From NCBI GenBank assembly GCA_905236005.1, contig CAJONJ010000039.1, positions 2,612 through 66,611 on the forward strand: a stretch of DNA of 64,000 nucleotides, given 5' to 3'. A program made the position numbers and the translations under genes. Positions 43,401 through 53,930 of the stretch are shown here, in pieces (the first letter of the stretch is position 1; each line of letters begins with the position of its first letter). The notes below the pieces were generated by a model. That model made no database searches, was not told the origin of the DNA, and was given only the letters and a program-made list of their open reading frames with translations. The stretch is from an uncultured Alphaproteobacteria bacterium. Lineage in GTDB: Bacteria; Pseudomonadota; Alphaproteobacteria; Rs-D84.

Positions 43401-43465
43401 AACTGCAAAACATCATGTTCCAGTTGTGTAAAATTTGCTTTCTGTTCAGTTTTTTTGTATGCCAT
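40436..43465 (-). CDS. ileS: isoleucine--tRNA ligase, type 2 (eukaryote-like)
   Basis: GPPFANGLPHWGH (HIGH-class) and KFSKS motifs, about 1010 aa. The start is taken at the ATG at 43465 (MAYKKTEQ...) because the track start at 43537 reads through a GC-rich terminator hairpin. Confidence 0.9.
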   Translation of the reverse strand: MAYKKTEQKANFTQLEHDVLQFWRENDTFHKSLNKTKMGEPFNFYDGPPFANGLPHWGHLGVSSIKDMVSRYKTMCGRHVERELGWDCHGLPAEIAVENETGKSAKNIVAEQGIGAFCDMCQAGVMKYSTEWLRFIERIGRWVDMGDGYGYRTMDKTYMESVIWGLKQLYDKGLLYKDFKVNPYDWKLGTVLSNSEASEDYRDVVDDTVTVWFELENGDRAIAWTTTPWTLPANSALAVNPNMKYVRMKHEDGHVYVLAETRLKEYEKIFAGSEKVGEIMGSELVGLHYKPIFNYYENQSPLLHQIISADYVSDGDGTGIVHIAPAFGEEDYFAAKALNSKFPVILNVDDYGNFDNTVKDWAGENIFDANPKVIDWLKQNGILVKKEQHKHSYPYGPRSKEKLIQRATDAWYVDVPKIRNRLVEITKTQTKWTSAGNRFMAWIENAREWGITRNRFWGVPLPIWEKDGEYKVFGSIKEIEDFFGVKIDDLHRPTLDKLTKDGWHRIPDVLDCWFESGSMPFAHLHYPFENQDKFEKVFPADYVFEANEQTRGWFYGLMVMAVALFDKPAFKVVSCNGIICDEQKRKFSKSLKNYVDPTEQMETYGADAIRLFIQGSNFMKAEPVGVDKDGKVFNDTIKTILTPLWNAYHFFTLYANAANITVKKEPNSDNLLDKYILSELNELVKITTNALEDYRSDIAVKEFVRFLDVLNNWYIRRNRDRFWDEDESAFETLHYVLKTFCTCLAPFAPFISEYIFKNLTGEESVHLQNWPKATNTDEQIVNDMRRVQMIVSVGKQLREQYKLRNRLPLLDVTIAGVNMPEYADIIKDELNVKHVKFTKDIHNVADSFVYLITPKIGARLGGALKDIIPAVKRGDYEIKGDELIVGEYTLNSDEFENRLTVKNDVTGIALPDNTAVVVLNTETNAELIAEGLVNDALRFIQDSRKAANLDVSDRIKLTYNTEIAMHNAIETHKKRIMHDALIVEMEFGEANQFSTEIEGYNLSINIKKA

Positions 43466-43653
43466 TGTGTAGCCCTTTGTTATATAAAAAATGGCGCCCA
43501 AGCGCCCCAGCCACCGCCAAAGCGCAGTGTCTGTCATTTAATAATAATTATTGTTTTTGTGTTCATACCCATATTTATACAATACTTTTTTGCAAAAAGC
43601 AAGTTATAAAACTTGAAAAATCCCAAAGGTTTGGTTATACTGTCGCATGTCAA

Positions 43654-43729
43654 GCCGGTTTAGCTCAGTTGGTAGAGCATCTCATTCGTAATGAGGGGGT
43701 CGTAGGTTCAAGTCCTATAACCGGCACCA
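43654..43729 (+). tRNA. tRNA-Thr (anticodon CGT)
   Basis: Acceptor GCCGGTT/AACCGGC, D-arm AGCTCAGTTGGTAGAGC, anticodon loop TTCGTAA, T-arm GGTTCAAGTCC, and encoded CCA. Confidence 0.85.
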
Positions 43730-43782
43730 CCATTTACATCTGCAATGCAGTCTGGTTGGCATAAAACACAAAAGGTTTTTTT

Positions 43783-44568
43783 ATGATTATTAAACAAAAA
43801 TTTCCAATACTTGAATATGATGATTCCAAAGATGTTAAAATTTCTGCAAAAGAATTAGAAAAACGTGAAAATATTGGTATCAAATATGGTGTAATTGATT
43901 TTTGTTCAGATAGTCGTGAATTGATGGCGAAAAATTATCCTTCTAAAATTGTTGGTACGTTAAAAGGCTGTGGAATTGCACCAGTGAACATTTATGAAAT
44001 TGATTTTAATGGTACAAAAATACTTTTGCATCAGGGAATAATTGGTTCACCTTTGGCGGCGGCTGTTATGGAAGATTTAATTGCGATGGGCTGTGATACA
44101 ATCGTAGCAGTTGGTGATTGTGGGGTTTTAGATAAAACAATAAAACGGGCAGGAATTATAGTTCCCACAGCTGCTGTGCGTTCAGAAGGAACTTCGTATC
44201 ATTATGTTGCACCCAGCAGAACGATTGATTATTCTTCGGACATAATACAAAAAGCTTGTGATTTTTATACTTCAAAAAATATTCCATTTGTTAAAGGGTT
44301 AACATGGACAACTGATGGTTTTTATCGTGAAACAGAAGATGCTGTAAAATTACGTCAACAAGAAGGTTGTATTTGTGTTGAAATGGAAAATGCTACATTT
44401 GGTGCAGTTGCACAATATTATGGTGTTAAATTTTTTCAATTATTATACGGTGGTGATTGCTTAGATGCTGAAACGTGGGATTCACGTCCATGGTGCAGCC
44501 CCGAAGAAAGATTAAAAACAAAATATGAATTGTTAAAAATAGCAATGGAATTAGTATTAAAAATTTAA
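43783..44568 (+). CDS. PNP/UDP-family nucleoside phosphorylase
   Basis: 261 aa. GIIGSPLAAAV...GDCGVL and VEMENATF blocks typical of purine/uridine phosphorylase family 1. Confidence 0.55.
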   Translation: MIIKQKFPILEYDDSKDVKISAKELEKRENIGIKYGVIDFCSDSRELMAKNYPSKIVGTLKGCGIAPVNIYEIDFNGTKILLHQGIIGSPLAAAVMEDLIAMGCDTIVAVGDCGVLDKTIKRAGIIVPTAAVRSEGTSYHYVAPSRTIDYSSDIIQKACDFYTSKNIPFVKGLTWTTDGFYRETEDAVKLRQQEGCICVEMENATFGAVAQYYGVKFFQLLYGGDCLDAETWDSRPWCSPEERLKTKYELLKIAMELVLKI

Positions 44569-44575
44569 TAAAAAT

Positions 44576-44598
44576 ACCGGCAAATGCCGGTGTTTTTA
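44576..44598. terminator. bidirectional terminator TACCGGCAAATGCCGGTG plus T-run
   Basis: Lies between the convergent phosphorylase gene and mnmG. Confidence 0.65.
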
Positions 44599-44643
44599 TA
44601 ATAAAGAAAGCAAAAAATTTGATATTGGGAACTGTATTAAATT

Positions 44644-46299
44644 TTATGCTTTGTTGCCACATCTTAGTTTGCGAAGCACAACCATTATCCCAGCCGGTGT
44701 CATACCCGGTATTCTTGAAAGTGACGCGATTGTTTCAGGTCTGGTTTTGGTCAATTTTTCAATCAATTCGTTTGTTAAACCAGACAAAGATTTATAATCA
44801 AAATCACGTGGAATTTTTAATTCTGCATCTTTTTTATAATTTGCAATTTCACGTTCGTTTCTTGAAATGTATCCAGCATAAAATTTATCATTTTCAATTG
44901 CGGTATTTTCACGTAATTTTTTAATTTTATCGTACAATTCTTTTTTGATTAAACCCAGTGTTTCTGCCGTATTACCTAGACGCAATATTGCATTATCTGC
45001 ACGTAAATTTAATCTGTATTCAGCACGTGAAGTGAACATACGGTATGGTTCATCAACCCCCAGTGTTGTTATGTCATCTATCAATACACCAATCATAGAA
45101 TTTGTTCTGTCCAGAATCAGCGGTTGTTTGTTTAATGCAAATGCTGCTGCGTTGCTGCCTGCAACCAAGCCTTGTGCGGCGGCTTCTTCATATCCGCTGG
45201 TTCCGTTGATTTGACCTGCGAAAAATAAACCGCTTATGTCTTTTGATTCCAGTGTTGATTTCAAAGCACGTGCATCAATTGCATCATATTCAATTGCATA
45301 TCCATATCGTGCAATTTTTGCGTTCTCTAAACCAGGTATAGTGCGTATCCATTTATCTTGGATATCAGCCCCAAAACTGGTTGATATACCGTTTGGATAA
45401 ATTAAATCGCTGTTAAAACCTTCTGGTTCTAAAAATACATGATGTGTTTTATGTTCCGGAAAACGCATAACTTTGTCTTCCAGTGATGGACAATAACGTG
45501 GTCCCAATCCCACAATATCGCCATTGTACATAGGTGCATTTTTTATGTTTTGACGAATTATTTCATGAGTTGTTTCATTTGTATGTGTTATAAAACATTT
45601 GTCATTATATTTATTGTTATCATCACCTAAGCCAAACCAATCATGTGGAAAATCACCGGGCTGTTCTTCGCATACAGAAAAATCAATACTGTTGCGATAT
45701 ATACGTGCAGGTGTTCCTGTTTTTAATCTTAATAAATCAAAACCAGATTTTTTTAATACGGACGAAATATGTGTATCGTTTTCTTGATATTCACCATTAT
45801 CCATTAAACGACCAGATTGAATTTTTTCATTTCCACGTGTGACCAATCCACCAAGAAAAGTTCCAGTGGTTAATACAATCGCTTGTGCAGAATATTTTTT
45901 ATTTACGATTTTATTTTCAATATCTAAATCAAATACAGATTCAAATACATACGTCAAGTTTTCTGTCGTATTCAAAATATTCATCACAGCATCATGATAA
46001 AAATTTCTATCTATTTGTGCACGCAGTGCCTGGGTTGCAGAACCATGTGTTGCATTTAATGTTCGCCAATGAATACCAGCTTTGTCTGCTGCAAATGGCA
46101 TAACACCACCAAATACAGCCATTTCAGCAACCATTTGTGATTTACCAGGACCACCAATAGATGGATTACAAGACATCGCACCGATATCGCTTTCACGCAT
46201 AGTAATCAAAAGGGTTTTTGCACCACGACGTGCAGATGCAGTTGCTGCTTCAACCCCTGCGTGTCCACCGCCGATAATAATCACATCATAATTTTGCAT
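44644..46299 (-). CDS. mnmG: tRNA uridine 5-carboxymethylaminomethyl modification enzyme MnmG (GidA), short form 551 aa
   Basis: [22 protein letters not shown] motif, [24 protein letters not shown], and C-terminal [11 protein letters not shown]. Confidence 0.85.
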   Translation of the reverse strand: MQNYDVIIIGGGHAGVEAATASARRGAKTLLITMRESDIGAMSCNPSIGGPGKSQMVAEMAVFGGVMPFAADKAGIHWRTLNATHGSATQALRAQIDRNFYHDAVMNILNTTENLTYVFESVFDLDIENKIVNKKYSAQAIVLTTGTFLGGLVTRGNEKIQSGRLMDNGEYQENDTHISSVLKKSGFDLLRLKTGTPARIYRNSIDFSVCEEQPGDFPHDWFGLGDDNNKYNDKCFITHTNETTHEIIRQNIKNAPMYNGDIVGLGPRYCPSLEDKVMRFPEHKTHHVFLEPEGFNSDLIYPNGISTSFGADIQDKWIRTIPGLENAKIARYGYAIEYDAIDARALKSTLESKDISGLFFAGQINGTSGYEEAAAQGLVAGSNAAAFALNKQPLILDRTNSMIGVLIDDITTLGVDEPYRMFTSRAEYRLNLRADNAILRLGNTAETLGLIKKELYDKIKKLRENTAIENDKFYAGYISRNEREIANYKKDAELKIPRDFDYKSLSGLTNELIEKLTKTRPETIASLSRIPGMTPAGIMVVLRKLRCGNKA

Positions 46300-46300
46300 T

Positions 46301-46855
46301 TTATTTAGTATTTATTTTTGCATACAAAGCCATATCTTCACGTCTATTCAAAGGTTTGTTAAATTCGTAACTTTTCATGACACCTTCACGTATAAAACCG
46401 CATTTTTCTGCTGTTTTACATGATGGAATATTTTCTATATCTGCTTTTAAAATAATACGTTTGAAACCTATATTGAAAAACTCTTGAACAATTGCTTGGA
46501 CAGCTTCGGACATATAACCTTGTCTTGCAAATTTTGGATTTAACCAATATCCAATTTCACCGGTTTCATGTGACCAATTTATGTCCATCAAACTGCAAAC
46601 ACCAACAAAAGAATTATCTGAACGCAGATACATACCATAATTAGCACTGGTTTGGTTTTTCCACTTCTTTTCGGAGCCACGCAAAAAATCAAATTCTTGT
46701 TCTGGATTTTTTATGTCTGACCATGGCATAAATCTGAAATATTCACGATTTTTATCAATCATATCAAAGATTTCTGTTGCAAAACCAAAAGTTGCAACCA
46801 ATGGTTTCAAATCTAGACGTGTTGTTTGTAAAGGTTTAAATTCTTGTGGTTTCAT
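46301..46855 (-). CDS. GNAT-family N-acetyltransferase (RimJ/RimL-like), paralog 2
   Basis: 184 aa. GNAT motifs A and B (VGVCSL...[17 protein letters not shown]). Confidence 0.6.
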   Translation of the reverse strand: MKPQEFKPLQTTRLDLKPLVATFGFATEIFDMIDKNREYFRFMPWSDIKNPEQEFDFLRGSEKKWKNQTSANYGMYLRSDNSFVGVCSLMDINWSHETGEIGYWLNPKFARQGYMSEAVQAIVQEFFNIGFKRIILKADIENIPSCKTAEKCGFIREGVMKSYEFNKPLNRREDMALYAKINTK

Positions 46856-46857
46856 GA

Positions 46858-47424
46858 TTAGTCCTTTATTTTTGCATATAAAGCTGCATCATCAACTTTG
46901 TTTACATTTGGATTAAAACACCATTTACGCATAATACCTTCGCGTACAAATCCGCATTTTTCAGCCACCTTGCAAGATGCAATATTTTGTGGACTGGCGG
47001 TTAAAACAAAACGATTAAAACCATAATTAAAAAATTCTTGTGTAACCGCATTAACTGCTTCTGATATAAAACCTTGGCTTGTGTATTTGGGATTTATCCA
47101 ATAAGCTATTTCACCGTTTCCATCACGCCAATTGATGCCACGTAAAGTGCATATACCAATAAACACACCATTATCACGCAGATATAAACCATACGTTGCA
47201 CGTGTTTGTTTTTTCCAACCGTTTTCTTGTTCCCGTAACCAATCAAATTCTTGTTCTGGTACTTCTATTTCAGTCAAAGACGGAACATAAGTAAAATAAT
47301 CAAGATTTGTTGCTTTAATACCTGAAATAATATCAAACAGTTCGTTTGCAAAACCAAAAGTTGCAACCAATGGTTTTAAATCCAGACGTGTTGTTTGTAA
47401 CGGTTTGAATTCTTGTGGTTTCAT
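46858..47424 (-). CDS. GNAT-family N-acetyltransferase (RimJ/RimL-like), paralog 1
   Basis: 188 aa. Roughly 50% identical to the downstream paralog, with an identical first 26 aa. Confidence 0.6.
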   Translation of the reverse strand: MKPQEFKPLQTTRLDLKPLVATFGFANELFDIISGIKATNLDYFTYVPSLTEIEVPEQEFDWLREQENGWKKQTRATYGLYLRDNGVFIGICTLRGINWRDGNGEIAYWINPKYTSQGFISEAVNAVTQEFFNYGFNRFVLTASPQNIASCKVAEKCGFVREGIMRKWCFNPNVNKVDDAALYAKIKD

Positions 47425-47426
47425 GT

Positions 47427-48155
47427 TTAAAATCTCCCCATGCCACCATTCACATGTATTGTTTGTCCGGTGATATATGATGCTTCATCGCTGGCCAAAA
47501 ATACACACAAGTTTGCAACGTCAACTGGTTCTCCAAAGCGACCTGCTGGTATTTGTGATAAATAATTTTTCTTTAAATCATCGCTTAATACATCTGTCAT
47601 AGGTGTTTTGATAAATCCTGGTGCAACGCAGTTTGCAGTTATACCACGTGATGCAACTTCTGCTGCTATGGATTTTGTTAAACCAATAATGCCTGCTTTG
47701 GATGCAGCATAATTTGCCTGACCCGCACCACCAACAACACCAACAATAGAAGACATATTTATAATGCGACCATATTTTTGTTTCATCATCGGCATAATTA
47801 CAGCCCTGCACATCTTAAATGTCGCACGTAAATTAGTATTTATAACATCTTCAAATTGTTCATCACTCATACGCATCAACAAAGTGTCTTTGGTTATACC
47901 TGCGTTGTTGATTAGAATATCCAGATGTCCAGTTTTTCCAATTGTATCAGAAATCAATTTGTCGCATGCACCATCCACAGATAAATCAGATACGATTTTT
48001 ATAAAACTGTCGTCAAAATCTTTATTTAATTTTTCAGAATTGCGACCAGAAACAACAACTGTTGCACCAGCTTTTTTCATTTCTTTTGCAATTTCACCAC
48101 CAATACCGCCTGTGGCACCAGTGATTAAAACAACTTTATCTGTTAAATCAAACAT
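47427..48155 (-). CDS. fabG: 3-oxoacyl-[ACP] reductase
   Basis: SDR family. TGATGGIG, NNAG, YAASK motifs. 242 aa. Confidence 0.85.
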   Translation of the reverse strand: MFDLTDKVVLITGATGGIGGEIAKEMKKAGATVVVSGRNSEKLNKDFDDSFIKIVSDLSVDGACDKLISDTIGKTGHLDILINNAGITKDTLLMRMSDEQFEDVINTNLRATFKMCRAVIMPMMKQKYGRIINMSSIVGVVGGAGQANYAASKAGIIGLTKSIAAEVASRGITANCVAPGFIKTPMTDVLSDDLKKNYLSQIPAGRFGEPVDVANLCVFLASDEASYITGQTIHVNGGMGRF

Positions 48156-48157
48156 TT

Positions 48158-49051
48158 TTATATCTCCAATTTGTGTGTGACAATTTTGTCTGTTATACGT
48201 GAAACTAAACCAATCAAAGCACTTCCTGGTCCGATTTCTGTTAAATCAGTTATACCTAAATCAACCATATTCAATACAGATTCACGCCAGCGAACCCCAT
48301 GTGTGATTTGATAAATCAAAGATTCTTTGATTTCATTAACATCGGTCATAGGTTGACATGTTTTGTTGGATATCAACGGAACACGTGGTGTTTTTATTTC
48401 TATTTCATCCAACGCAATTTTCATTTTTTCTGCAACAGGTGCCATAAGTCTTGAATGTGGTGGAACAGACAATGGTAATTTCATAGCCCGTTTTGCACCA
48501 TTTTCTTTTGCGATTTCCATAGCTTTTTCTATGGCAACAGTTGCACCAGATATAACAATTTGACCATCACAATTATCATTTGCAATATCGCACACAGCAT
48601 TTGTTTCTTGTTCCGCTTTTGCACAAACATTTTGCAATGTGTTTATATCCAGACCTAAAATAACAGCCATTGCACCCTGCCCGTTTGGAACGGCGTTTTG
48701 CATAGCTTCACCACGCAGCCGAACCAGTTTAATAGCATCATTTAAAGACAATGCGTCTGCAATACATAATGCGGTATATTCACCCAAAGAATGTCCTGCA
48801 ACGTAATCTGGTAATGGTATTTGGGCAGCACGAAACATGGCAACAGAGGTTACCAGAATGGCCGGTTGAACATTAGCCGTCAAAGTCAATGTTTCCATTG
48901 GACCATTGAAAATAATATCTGACAGTTTTTCGTTCAATACCAAATCAGCCGTATCAAAAACTTTACGTGCATCATTGTTATTTTTATATAATTCGTATCC
49001 CATACCAACGGTTTGTGAACCTTGCCCTGGGAAAACATATACAGATGACAT
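48158..49051 (-). CDS. fabD: malonyl CoA-ACP transacylase
   Basis: FPGQGSQ and GHSLGEY motifs. Confidence 0.9.
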   Translation of the reverse strand: MSSVYVFPGQGSQTVGMGYELYKNNNDARKVFDTADLVLNEKLSDIIFNGPMETLTLTANVQPAILVTSVAMFRAAQIPLPDYVAGHSLGEYTALCIADALSLNDAIKLVRLRGEAMQNAVPNGQGAMAVILGLDINTLQNVCAKAEQETNAVCDIANDNCDGQIVISGATVAIEKAMEIAKENGAKRAMKLPLSVPPHSRLMAPVAEKMKIALDEIEIKTPRVPLISNKTCQPMTDVNEIKESLIYQITHGVRWRESVLNMVDLGITDLTEIGPGSALIGLVSRITDKIVTHKLEI

Positions 49052-49108
49052 AATCGTCCTTTTGTTTGTATTTAATAAAATTATAGGAAATTAAAAGCAA
49101 AAATCAAT

Positions 49109-49645
49109 TTATTTACGCATAGAAAATTCACAACCACAATAATTTTGCCGATAAAAATCAGATTCATGATTTATTGACTGACGTAATTTTTCATCCCAAT
49201 CAACAGGCAAATATTTTATTTCAGTGCAAGATTGTTGCCCCGCAGCATCAACTTGTGCTTGATTTTTGTGTTTGGATACACCAAATACAGACGCAATCGC
49301 ATTAAATCCATGTTTTTTAGCATAATTGCATGCATAACAAAAACGATATGCAAAACATTTACTGCAACGCGCACCACGTTCTGGTTCGTTTTCAAGACCA
49401 GCGATTTCCGTTTTCCATTTATTGTGGTCATAATCGCCAACGACATATTTTACACCCATTTTTTCACAGAATTTAATTTGTTCATCTAAACGCTTTTGAT
49501 ATTCAGTTTCTGGAAAAATATTTGGGTTGAAAAACATAACAATAAAATCGTCTATGCCGCATATTTCACCGTTTACAAGCTGTTGAATAGCACCACATGA
49601 ACATGGTGCACAACAAGACATTAAAATCAGTTTAATTCCGTCCAT
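49109..49645 (-). CDS. queH: epoxyqueuosine reductase QueH (DUF208)
   Basis: CCAPCS motif plus additional conserved cysteines. 178 aa. Confidence 0.75.
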   Translation of the reverse strand: MDGIKLILMSCCAPCSCGAIQQLVNGEICGIDDFIVMFFNPNIFPETEYQKRLDEQIKFCEKMGVKYVVGDYDHNKWKTEIAGLENEPERGARCSKCFAYRFCYACNYAKKHGFNAIASVFGVSKHKNQAQVDAAGQQSCTEIKYLPVDWDEKLRQSINHESDFYRQNYCGCEFSMRK

Positions 49646-50027
49646 TTCGTTTTGTGTCTATAAATGGTATAATTGGCTTTGGAACACATATATTTAATAT
49701 TTCATCATTAGTATAATCACGTTTTATTTGCTTTAATGTGTCACGTTTATCTTCTTGGTTTTCTGTGTCATCATCATCGATAACATTGTCAATATCAACA
49801 AAAAACTTAGTTGAATCTGTTTCTATCCTGGCACAGAAATTACAATTAGATACAGTGTTGGTTATTTCATAATTTACAGCACAATTTTCACGTTCTTTTG
49901 GTGATTTTGAACATGTGTCCCCATATTCACAGTTCATACAAGAAAGCCCAAATAACAATGATTGACCTGGTTTTCCTGATTTTTCTATATCAAATACTTT
50001 AACTGAATTATAAATTCTTTTTGTCAT
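49632..50027 (-). CDS. hypothetical Cys-rich acidic protein, 131 aa
   Basis: ORF overlaps both the metG stop (ATGA) and the queH start. Cys pattern CxxC...C...C...CxxC. Acidic D/E run. Confidence 0.3.
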   Translation of the reverse strand: MTKRIYNSVKVFDIEKSGKPGQSLLFGLSCMNCEYGDTCSKSPKERENCAVNYEITNTVSNCNFCARIETDSTKFFVDIDNVIDDDDTENQEDKRDTLKQIKRDYTNDEILNICVPKPIIPFIDTKRNGRN

Positions 50028-51997
50028 TTTAATACCTGTCCTGGTTTTTTATCTGCAATTTCATAAATTCCTGTGTCGTCATCTGATAAGTTTAATTCTG
50101 CCCCACTGCAAAGCATACCTTTGGATTCTACACCTGCGACAGAACGTGGTTTAATTGCTTTTCCTGTCTTTGGTAAAATTGCCCCGACAGGTGCAAATGC
50201 TGCCAACATATCTTTATGAACATTTTTTGCACCGCATACGATATCTTGTTTTGTATTACCGTCATCAACAGTGACAATATGTAAATCTTCACGGTTTGGA
50301 TGATTTTTTATATCAACTATTTTGACAACAGTAATCTGAGGTTGTTTATTCACAGTTGAATATTTTTCATTTATATAATTGATTTTTTCATCATCAAATC
50401 TTTCAAATAAATTGTCTGAAATTGAAAATTCTGTTCCATTTTTGATGCGTGCTTGGAGTTGTTCTGGCCATGATAAATCAAGTTTTGTATTGAATATTTT
50501 CTGCATTTTTTCTGCGGTGTCTGGAATAAACGGTGCAGACACACGTGCATAAAAATCAATCAGTTGAAAACAATTATTTAATACTTTTGCAGCTTCATCA
50601 TTTTTGCCGTCTTTAATCAATGCCCATGGTGCATTGGCAGTCATATATTCATTTCCAATTGCCCATAATGAACGCAAAGCAAAAATAGATGCACGAAATT
50701 CACATTTTTCCATTGCGTTTGTTAAATCGTTTAGCTTTTCATCAATTTTAGATTTTAATTCTGTATCAAATTCACTAGCATTTGGAACAATATTACCAAA
50801 ATTTTTATCTGATAATTTGCATACACGTGAAACAAAATTACCTAGCATACCATTTAAATCTTTGTTTACGATATCTGCAAAACGTGAAACGGTAAAATCT
50901 GTGTCATCTGTTTCAGGTGCAGATGCCAGCAAAGCATAACGCCAATAATCAGCTGGTGCAATATTTAATGCTTCGTCCAAGAATATACCATTTCCAGTAG
51001 ATTTGGAAATCTTTGCACCATTAAAATTCAAGAAATTGGATGCTTTTAAAACATCAACTGTCTTCCAGTTATCGTCCATGGCCAATTCTTGTGCAGGAAA
51101 AAATACAGAATGAAAAGATACATTATCTTTGCCCATAAATTCCGTATAATGACAATCAGGATTTTTCCACCAAGATGCCCAATCAGGTGTTGCAATTTGT
51201 GAAATAGAAATATATCCCCATGGTGCATCAAACCATACATAAAACACTTTACCTTCATAACCAGGTTTGTTCACAGGAATTCCCCAGTCTAAATCACGTG
51301 TAATAGGATTATCATGTAAACCTTCGTCTAGCCATTTGTTTGCAATTGCAATAGCTGTCTTTGGCCATCCTTTGCGTGAATTAATCCAATCACGTAATTT
51401 ATTTTGCATTTTGCTTAATTTAAAATATAAATGTTTTGTTTCACGCATTTCAACTGGTGAATCAGGATTAACTGCACTGTGTGGATTAATCAATTCGTCA
51501 GGGTTTAATGATGCACAACATTTATCACATTCGTTTCCATAGGCACGTTCATATCCACATCTTGGGCAAGTTCCAATAACATAACGGTCAGCCAAGAATT
51601 TTTTTTCATTAACAGAATAAGGTTGCAAAGAAACTTTTTCTTCTATCATACCCAATGAATCCAAACGATTAAATAATTCTTGAATCAGTTTTTCGTGTTG
51701 TTTGGTATGTGTACGACCATAAAAATCAAAAGATAAATTAAAATTATTAAGACCAGCAATTTGAATTTCACGATATTTATTAACATAATCTTCGGTTGAA
51801 ATACCTTCTTTTGCAGCACCAATTGCAGATGCGGTTCCGTGTTCATCGGTTCCGCATATATAAAGCACATCATAACCACGTGCACGACAAAATCTGGCAT
51901 ATACATCACTTGGTAACAGGCATCCAATTAAATGCCCAATATGTAATTGATTATTTACGTATGGTAATGCAGATGTTATTAAATATTTTTGTGCCAT
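50024..51997 (-). CDS. metG: methionine--tRNA ligase with C-terminal tRNA-binding domain
   Basis: HIGH motif (HIGHLIG), KISKS motif, and zinc knuckle CPRCGYERAYGNECDKCC. 657 aa. Confidence 0.9.
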   Translation of the reverse strand: MAQKYLITSALPYVNNQLHIGHLIGCLLPSDVYARFCRARGYDVLYICGTDEHGTASAIGAAKEGISTEDYVNKYREIQIAGLNNFNLSFDFYGRTHTKQHEKLIQELFNRLDSLGMIEEKVSLQPYSVNEKKFLADRYVIGTCPRCGYERAYGNECDKCCASLNPDELINPHSAVNPDSPVEMRETKHLYFKLSKMQNKLRDWINSRKGWPKTAIAIANKWLDEGLHDNPITRDLDWGIPVNKPGYEGKVFYVWFDAPWGYISISQIATPDWASWWKNPDCHYTEFMGKDNVSFHSVFFPAQELAMDDNWKTVDVLKASNFLNFNGAKISKSTGNGIFLDEALNIAPADYWRYALLASAPETDDTDFTVSRFADIVNKDLNGMLGNFVSRVCKLSDKNFGNIVPNASEFDTELKSKIDEKLNDLTNAMEKCEFRASIFALRSLWAIGNEYMTANAPWALIKDGKNDEAAKVLNNCFQLIDFYARVSAPFIPDTAEKMQKIFNTKLDLSWPEQLQARIKNGTEFSISDNLFERFDDEKINYINEKYSTVNKQPQITVVKIVDIKNHPNREDLHIVTVDDGNTKQDIVCGAKNVHKDMLAAFAPVGAILPKTGKAIKPRSVAGVESKGMLCSGAELNLSDDDTGIYEIADKKPGQVLK

Positions 51998-52123
51998 GTT
52001 TTAAATTCCTTTTTATAAAAAAAGCCCAAAACGGGCATTGTAATTTCCCGCAAATTTGTTAATAAAGATTATTTATACATTCGCATTTTATATTTTTCTA
52101 AGATTGTCCGCAATAACGAAACT

Positions 52124-52200
52124 TGGTGGGTGGTATTGGGCTCGAACCAACGACCTCCACGATGTCAACGTGACGCTCTAGCCAACTGAGCTAACCACCC
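52124..52200 (-). tRNA. tRNA-Val (anticodon GAC)
   Basis: Reverse complement folds as a cloverleaf. Acceptor GGGTGGT/ACCACCC, anticodon loop TTGACAT, T-loop GGTTCGAGCC, and encoded CCA. Confidence 0.85.
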
Positions 52201-52242
52201 AAGGCAGTCTGAATTATAACAATAAAAATCCATATTGCAATA

Positions 52243-52590
52243 TCATTTTTGAGGGGAGTTTATTTTAAGTAGCTCATCCACCCAAACGTTTGAAACTGAA
52301 ACTTTACCCTTCTTAAAAACTTCTGCAAGTAAATAATCTTGGATTACCATTGTTTGGGCTATTCCGCGTTCTATATAGCACATCTGTCTTATTCCAGTTT
52401 TTGTATGAACAGTGTAGGCAACCACATTTATACCAGTATTGCGAAGCATTGTTGGGATTTTGCATTCGTGTCTATCGCAACAGGACTTTTGTTTACATCC
52501 GTTGCAATTGAAGCTAACACAAGAGAGGTGAAGATCAACAAGTGCGGGCTCTTGATATATTCTTACATCGTTTATTTTTTTTTCTGACAT
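52243..52590 (-). CDS. YkgJ/UPF0153-family putative Fe-S or Zn-binding protein (CxxCxxCC)
   Basis: CNGCKQKSCC motif plus additional Cys/His. 115 aa. Confidence 0.45.
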   Translation of the reverse strand: MSEKKINDVRIYQEPALVDLHLSCVSFNCNGCKQKSCCDRHECKIPTMLRNTGINVVAYTVHTKTGIRQMCYIERGIAQTMVIQDYLLAEVFKKGKVSVSNVWVDELLKINSPQK

Positions 52591-52758
52591 TTTTAATCCT
52601 TTTTGTATCTAATTAGTCTAATAGAGCATTATGTATAGTATTACAAATAATCATTTTGTCAAGAATATTTTGTGTTTGAACCATTTAAAAGAATACCGAC
52701 GTATGCCGGTATCTTGAATTTTTTGATGCGGTCGTGTCTTTGTATCCGCAAAAACGGA

Positions 52759-53841
<1,083 letters not shown>

Positions 53842-53930
53842 TTATAAACCAGTCAATTAAAAAATCAAGTGCCGCAGACAATTTTTGCTTTTTTGTTTGC
53901 AAATCATTATATTTTGGTATTATTAAGGCT

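Noticed and set aside
43466-43537. The track proposes N-terminal extensions for ileS (start 43537), pheS (36379), rnpA (53811), yidD (54187) and the TolC-like gene (59404).
   Set aside because: Each extension reads through a terminator hairpin or promoter-like AT-rich DNA and lacks homology. In each case an internal ATG gives the conserved N-terminus (MAYKK..., MKDKIKN..., MKHKTIL..., MSNSGSFF..., MKKLAVF...). The extensions are kept only as possible leader ORFs in the findings.
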